Source: a virus. Taken from it: DNA of 37,437 nucleotides. Both the position numbers and the translations under genes were made by a program. Below the pieces are notes generated by a model. The model saw only the letters and a list, made by a program, of their open reading frames with translations, was not told the DNA's origin and searched no databases. The stretch lies in the IMG/VR virus record IMGVR_UViG_3300013290_000001; one strand, 5' to 3'. This document shows, in pieces, positions 33,419 to 37,437 of the stretch. How positions within the stretch are numbered: position 1 is the stretch's first letter; each line of letters opens with the position of its first letter.

Positions 33419-33744
33419 GAGTGCACCAGCTTCTTTGCCAGCGCATCCTGCAGAATGGATAACTGCTTCATCGTGAAATAAACATAATATCCATCATTCC
33501 GCCGAACCTTCATCAAACCCAGTTCGCCAATCAGACGACCGACCAGATTCGGCGTGATATCAAAGTTTGCAGCAATCGCTTTGAGTGGTACCTTCAAATA
33601 ACTGCTGTTTTCGATATTGTGATTCCTGGCATCCAGTAAATAATCAACGATCTGCCAGGCTAAATGGTCATACTCCCCCGGAACATCCGGCGCGGCATTC
33701 AACACCGCTAAATACGTCTTTTGATCCAAAATCTGTGAAAACAT
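33415..33744 (-). CDS. Winged-helix/HTH DNA-binding protein (function unknown)
   Basis: VPLKAIAANFDITPNLVGRLIGELGLMKVRR is HTH-like. RBS AAGGAAGG. ATGA overlap with the recombinase gene. Confidence 0.6.
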   Translation of the reverse strand: MFSQILDQKTYLAVLNAAPDVPGEYDHLAWQIVDYLLDARNHNIENSSYLKVPLKAIAANFDITPNLVGRLIGELGLMKVRRNDGYYVYFTMKQLSILQDALAKKLVHS

Positions 33745-33805
33745 TGTGCCTTCCTTTCAATAGTAAAAAAATTGCGACGCAAATTGTCGCAAAAATCACC
33801 AAAAG

Positions 33806-33985
33806 TTATTGATTCGTTGTAATATCGGATTGAATTTGTTTGATTTCGGTTTGATTATTAATCTCTTTGTTGACTAACATGGAAACTAAACCAGATTTAC
33901 TCAGGAAAGTTCTTTTGCATAATTCTTCAATTTGTTCATTTGTTTTTTCGTCAACATACAAACCAAGTTTTATTTTTTTCATCAT
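33806..33985 (-). CDS. Unlisted ribbon-helix-helix (Arc/CopG-like) regulator, 59 aa; Cro-like position
   Basis: My codon-by-codon translation: MMKKIKLGLYVDEKTNEQIEELCKRTFLSKSGLVSMLVNKEINNQTEIKQIQSDITTNQ. It has a beta-strand/helix/helix pattern. AGGTG precedes the ATG. It is divergent from the HTH repressor. Confidence 0.6.
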   Translation of the reverse strand: MMKKIKLGLYVDEKTNEQIEELCKRTFLSKSGLVSMLVNKEINNQTEIKQIQSDITTNQ

Positions 33986-34016
33986 TCAGCACCTATCAGA
34001 ATATTTATTTTTATAA

Positions 34017-34044
34017 GTTTCTTATATTATATAGTGTTTCTTAT
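34017..34044. promoter_or_regulatory. Direct repeats GTTTCTTAT x2 in the divergent switch region
   Basis: 34017-34025 and 34036-34044, within the 111-bp AT-rich spacer between the RHH and HTH genes. Confidence 0.45.
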
Positions 34045-34096
34045 GAATGTCAAGAAAATTCTAGAAATTAGTGACATAAATAGGTAAAATCAGTTC

Positions 34097-34471
34097 ATGA
34101 AAACATTTAGTGAATGGATCACAGAGAAATTTCTCGATTGGCAAAAATCCGCAGGGGAAAGAAAAACACTTGTTGAATTTGCGGATTGGATTGGAGTATC
34201 TCAACCATCCTTATCTGATTGGATGAGTGGAAAATACAAACCAAAAGGATCAAAAAATATTGATCGCCTTTACATAAAACTGGGACCAGAAATATTTGAC
34301 GTCCTTGAAATGGAAAGACCTCCATACGCACTTCAGTTCGTGGACGATTACATTCAAAATATAGCCAAAGCAATTGCTGAATTGCCAGCGGAGTATAGAG
34401 CATCTGCCAGAAAAGTAATTCAAGATACCCTGGATGAGTTTATGGAAACAGAAGTAAATAAAGACGAATAG
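34097..34471 (+). CDS. CI-like HTH (XRE-family) repressor
   Basis: TLVEFADWIGVSQPSLSDWMSGKYKP is an HTH motif. First gene of the plus-strand lysogeny operon. Confidence 0.7.
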   Translation: MKTFSEWITEKFLDWQKSAGERKTLVEFADWIGVSQPSLSDWMSGKYKPKGSKNIDRLYIKLGPEIFDVLEMERPPYALQFVDDYIQNIAKAIAELPAEYRASARKVIQDTLDEFMETEVNKDE

Positions 34472-34485
34472 AAACGAATAATTGT

Positions 34486-34980
34486 ATGGACATTAAGGAA
34501 GATCATCAACTTGATAAGATTTTAAGTTATTTAGATTTTACTAAAAATGATTTAAATAAATATAGGGACTTCAAAAAAATATTTGTTTCAGATTTTGATT
34601 TGATGAAATTTTTATTCGAAGATTATTACAATTCTTTAGTTATCAACAAAAAACACATTGAATTTCATAACTTTTCTTTTTCATATTTTTCTTTAGCACT
34701 GTATGCTATTGAAAGAGACCTTGAATATATTGACTTACTTTCTAAAGCGAATTATTTCAAATTACTACGTTTTAAATCAGCTGGATTTATAAAAGAAGTA
34801 AAAATATTATCAGGAAATAATTCTAATACATGCGAATCGTGCAAAGAAACAGATGGAAAAATATTTTCATTAGATTATGCTTTAGAACATATGCCATTAC
34901 CTAATAAAAATTGTACAAACGATCATTTTGGAAATGGAAAACCATGGTGTCGTTGTACTTATCTTTCAGTATTTGATTAG
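34486..34980 (+). CDS. AT-rich accessory protein with a Mu F-like C-terminal Cys motif
   Basis: C-terminus [30 protein letters not shown]...WCRCTY parallels the C-x-x-C...G-K-x-F...P-x-x-C-R-C signature of Mu F/SPP1 gp7 domains. Strongly AT-rich. Confidence 0.6.
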   Translation: MDIKEDHQLDKILSYLDFTKNDLNKYRDFKKIFVSDFDLMKFLFEDYYNSLVINKKHIEFHNFSFSYFSLALYAIERDLEYIDLLSKANYFKLLRFKSAGFIKEVKILSGNNSNTCESCKETDGKIFSLDYALEHMPLPNKNCTNDHFGNGKPWCRCTYLSVFD

Positions 34981-34988
34981 AGGATGCA

Positions 34989-35288
34989 ATGAAAAAATGT
35001 CCTTACTGCGCAGAAGAAATTCAGGATGAGGCAATCATTTGCCCTCATTGCCGTAAAAGTCTCAAAAAAAGACAGAATATTTTAGTTTCTACATTCCTGA
35101 TAACTTTATTAGTTGATGGAGTTTTTTCCATACCTGCATTTTTCAGTGTACCAGCTTTTTATTATTCATTAACTGATATCAAACTTGCTGCCCAACTTAG
35201 TAACTATACTGGAGAGTATTTAGTTGCTTTCTTTCCAATTTACTTTGTTGTTTTATTAATCGTGTGGATCATAAGAAAATTGACGTGA
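34989..35288 (+). CDS. Zinc-ribbon membrane protein
   Basis: [19 protein letters not shown] followed by two hydrophobic segments. RBS GAGGA. Confidence 0.65.
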   Translation: MKKCPYCAEEIQDEAIICPHCRKSLKKRQNILVSTFLITLLVDGVFSIPAFFSVPAFYYSLTDIKLAAQLSNYTGEYLVAFFPIYFVVLLIVWIIRKLT

Positions 35289-36871
35289 CCAATAACCCCT
35301 TCCCACCTGGTGCGTCCGTCGCTGCTTACCTGCGCGATTCCGGCGGAGACTCGCAGGATCTCTCCATCCAGCAACAGGAATCCGAAATCCGCAGCTGGTG
35401 CCAATCCAACCAGATCACCCTCTCCCAGATCTTCAAAGACGAAGCCGCACCCGGATCATCCACCGTCGGCCGCGCAGGCTTCCTCGCCATGATCGCCTAC
35501 TTCACTGGTTCTTCCCATCAGGCAATAAATGAATCCGGCATTCTTGTGTGGAAATTCTCCCGCTTCGCCCGCGAAATCGACGACGCCCAATACTACAAAT
35601 CCGATCTGCGACGGCGTGGCTATATCATCCACTCCCTCAACGAGACCATCCCCCAGGGTCTCGACGGCCGTCTCTTCGAAGCCGCCATTGACTGGATGAA
35701 CGCCCGCTACCTGCAGGACCTCTCCAGCGACGTCAAACGCGGACTCCAGCACAACATCACTCAGTACAAAGCCATCGGCGGCACACCCCCGCGCGGTTTC
35801 AAACGCTCCGAGCCCATCACCCTTGGCACGCGTCGCGATGGAAAACCCCACATCGTCCACCGCTGGGAACCCGATCCAGAACTCACGCCCCTCATCCAGC
35901 GCGCTTTTGCGTTGCGATCCCTGGGCACGTCCTATCAGGAACTCGCCAGAGAAACAGGTCTATACCAGCGCAAAAACTCCTGGAACCACTTTTTTTCCAA
36001 TCAGCTCTACATCGGCATCATGCGCTACGGCAACACCATCATCGAAAACTATTGTCAACCAATCATAGACAGAACTACCTGGGAGCGAGTCCAGATGATC
36101 AATCAGAACCCCCTCAAACAGGATCGCGAAGATCCGCAAACCATCCGCAACCATCCGCGCGCCAAATCCAGCGATTACATCCTCACTGGTCTCCTGCGCT
36201 GTGGGATGTGTGGAGCCCCGCTCACCGGAGAAACCGTCCATAGTCGCGCCAAGAATCACACCAACCGTTACTACGCCTGCACCACCAAAAAGAAAACCAA
36301 CGGCGTGGATTGCCAGGCGCTCTGGATCCCCAAAGAAGAGCTCGAACAAACCATCCTGCACCAGCTGGTGACATACATCCTCAGCACCGAAAACATGGCC
36401 CAGCTGCGCGATAGCCTGCTCGCCAACCAATCCGAAACCATGGCACAAACCACAGCTCTGCTCACAGAACTCCACAAACAGCGCACCCAGCTAAAACTCC
36501 AGATCGACCGCCTCACAGACGCCATCGCAGACTCCGGAGGCTCACCAACGCTCCTCAAAAAACTCAACCAGCGCGAACACGAAGAGCGTGACATGGCTTT
36601 GCAAATCGACCAGGCGCAGCAACAACTCCAGCATTTGCAAAACACCCTCACCGACGAGCAGATCCAAACCATCTCAGAGACCCTCATCACCACCCTGCAA
36701 ACCGCCGAACGCAAACCCCTGCGTCGCTGGCTCACCGAACTCATCCATCACATAGAGGTTACGCGCATAGACAAAAAACTCACCGGAGTGATCCACTACT
36801 ACCACCCCGATGAGTTTATGTCTAACGGCCAGAGCCACCGATCCGGCTACATCCATACACATAAATTCTAA
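35264..36871 (+). CDS. int: Large serine recombinase (serine integrase)
   Basis: Resolvase-type catalytic region [12 protein letters not shown] and [13 protein letters not shown]. Zn ribbon [10 protein letters not shown]...YYACTTKKK...C. Long C-terminal coiled coil. A likely alternative GTG start at 35285 overlaps the upstream stop (GTGA). Confidence 0.9.
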   Translation: MDHKKIDVTNNPFPPGASVAAYLRDSGGDSQDLSIQQQESEIRSWCQSNQITLSQIFKDEAAPGSSTVGRAGFLAMIAYFTGSSHQAINESGILVWKFSRFAREIDDAQYYKSDLRRRGYIIHSLNETIPQGLDGRLFEAAIDWMNARYLQDLSSDVKRGLQHNITQYKAIGGTPPRGFKRSEPITLGTRRDGKPHIVHRWEPDPELTPLIQRAFALRSLGTSYQELARETGLYQRKNSWNHFFSNQLYIGIMRYGNTIIENYCQPIIDRTTWERVQMINQNPLKQDREDPQTIRNHPRAKSSDYILTGLLRCGMCGAPLTGETVHSRAKNHTNRYYACTTKKKTNGVDCQALWIPKEELEQTILHQLVTYILSTENMAQLRDSLLANQSETMAQTTALLTELHKQRTQLKLQIDRLTDAIADSGGSPTLLKKLNQREHEERDMALQIDQAQQQLQHLQNTLTDEQIQTISETLITTLQTAERKPLRRWLTELIHHIEVTRIDKKLTGVIHYYHPDEFMSNGQSHRSGYIHTHKF

Positions 36872-37437
36872 GGATACGCCCCCAGATCCCTCCATCCTGC
36901 AGGGTAACCCGTCGGACTCCAAACATTCGCATTAATCAACGACTCCCACAAATGCCCCTCAAAAATTACCTTATCCCCAATATTGTAAGCATCGTGAGCT
37001 CCAGCAGGCTGCACCCATTCACTATATTCCGGCTCAGTCACTGGATCACTAATAATTTTCCAGCCTGTCACACCAGGTTCCCATACATTCGCGGCGATCG
37101 TACTTTGCCACACATCACCATTATGTAAAACCTTCGCGCCCATCGGATACGCATCATGTGAGCCCAATGGCTGAACCCATTCCCAGGGATCATCATCCGG
37201 TTCATAATAGCGTTTATACAGCGCCTTCGCCGTCACCGGATCCCAATCTGCCTGTGTGGTGTGCGCTTGAATCACCTGGTACAGATTCCGGTCCACCGGA
37301 TAACGATATACCTCTCCCGCCACAACCACAATATTCGCGACCCAATCCGGATATGCTTTTATTACCACCAACGAAGAAACAATCTCTTTCGGGTTGGTTG
37401 TCACCGTCGCTAGTTTAGCAATATCTCTGTGAAATGA
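36868..37437 (-). CDS. C-terminal part of the junction-spanning CDS: three CBM5/12 (chitin-binding-type-3-like) repeats
   Basis: Three repeats: AYPDWVANIVVVAGEVYRY..LYQVIQAHTTQADWDP, WVQPLGSHDAYPMGAKVLHNGDVWQSTIAANVWEP and WVQPAGAHDAYNIGDKVIFEGHLWESLINANVWSP. The frame stays open to the contig end and continues at 373..128. Its stop overlaps the integrase stop (convergent genes). Confidence 0.75.
   Translation of the reverse strand, partial: SFHRDIAKLATVTTNPKEIVSSLVVIKAYPDWVANIVVVAGEVYRYPVDRNLYQVIQAHTTQADWDPVTAKALYKRYYEPDDDPWEWVQPLGSHDAYPMGAKVLHNGDVWQSTIAANVWEPGVTGWKIISDPVTEPEYSEWVQPAGAHDAYNIGDKVIFEGHLWESLINANVWSPTGYPAGWRDLGAYP
37311..37437. repeat. Terminal direct repeat, copy 2 (identical to 1..127)
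   Basis: Read directly. Confidence 0.9.

Noticed and set aside
35456-36744. Minus-strand ORFs inside the serine recombinase gene (35456..35860, 35960..36475, 36271..36744)
   Set aside because: They are antisense to a gene with clear resolvase, zinc-ribbon and coiled-coil motifs. Their translations are low-complexity.

Overview
The window is one complete genome of a temperate tailed phage. Bases 1-127 are identical to 37311-37437, so the contig closes into a circle of about 37,310 bp. One CDS runs across that junction. Almost every gene is on the minus strand. In transcription order (high to low coordinates) they form three blocks. First is an early and replication block (33985 to 22959): an RHH regulator, a wHTH protein, a tyrosine recombinase, small ORFs, a Toprim/P-loop primase-helicase, a DUF5131 protein and several Cys-rich small proteins. 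Second is a lysis cassette (holin-like, coiled-coil/TM protein, endolysin). Third is a standard siphovirus-type late operon. It encodes terS, terL, a portal-MuF fusion, a protease-scaffold protein and an HK97-fold capsid protein. It continues with neck proteins, tail tube, G/GT chaperones with a -1 frameshift, tape measure and distal tail/fibre genes. A short plus-strand lysogeny module (34097-36871) carries a CI-like HTH repressor, two AT-rich accessory genes and a large serine recombinase. The clearest special system is a complete diversity-generating retroelement at 303-3120. It has a reverse transcriptase, a 111-nt template repeat and an adenine-mutated variable repeat in the 3' end of a tail-fibre-like C-type-lectin-fold gene. 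A GC hairpin follows the variable repeat, and no recognisable avd gene is present. The least expected structure is that nearly every gene junction consists of degenerate tandem heptanucleotide arrays in a fixed 7-nt register. On the coding strand these place TGA/TAG stops in all three frames. Stop-free versions of the same arrays lie inside ORFs as interdomain linkers. Other items are recurrent 5'-UTR hairpin cassettes, a 160-bp quasi-palindrome next to the primase gene, operator-like repeats, two recombinases of different families, and an AT-rich accessory cassette in the lysogeny operon. All functional calls come from motif recognition by eye and gene order. No database search was possible.
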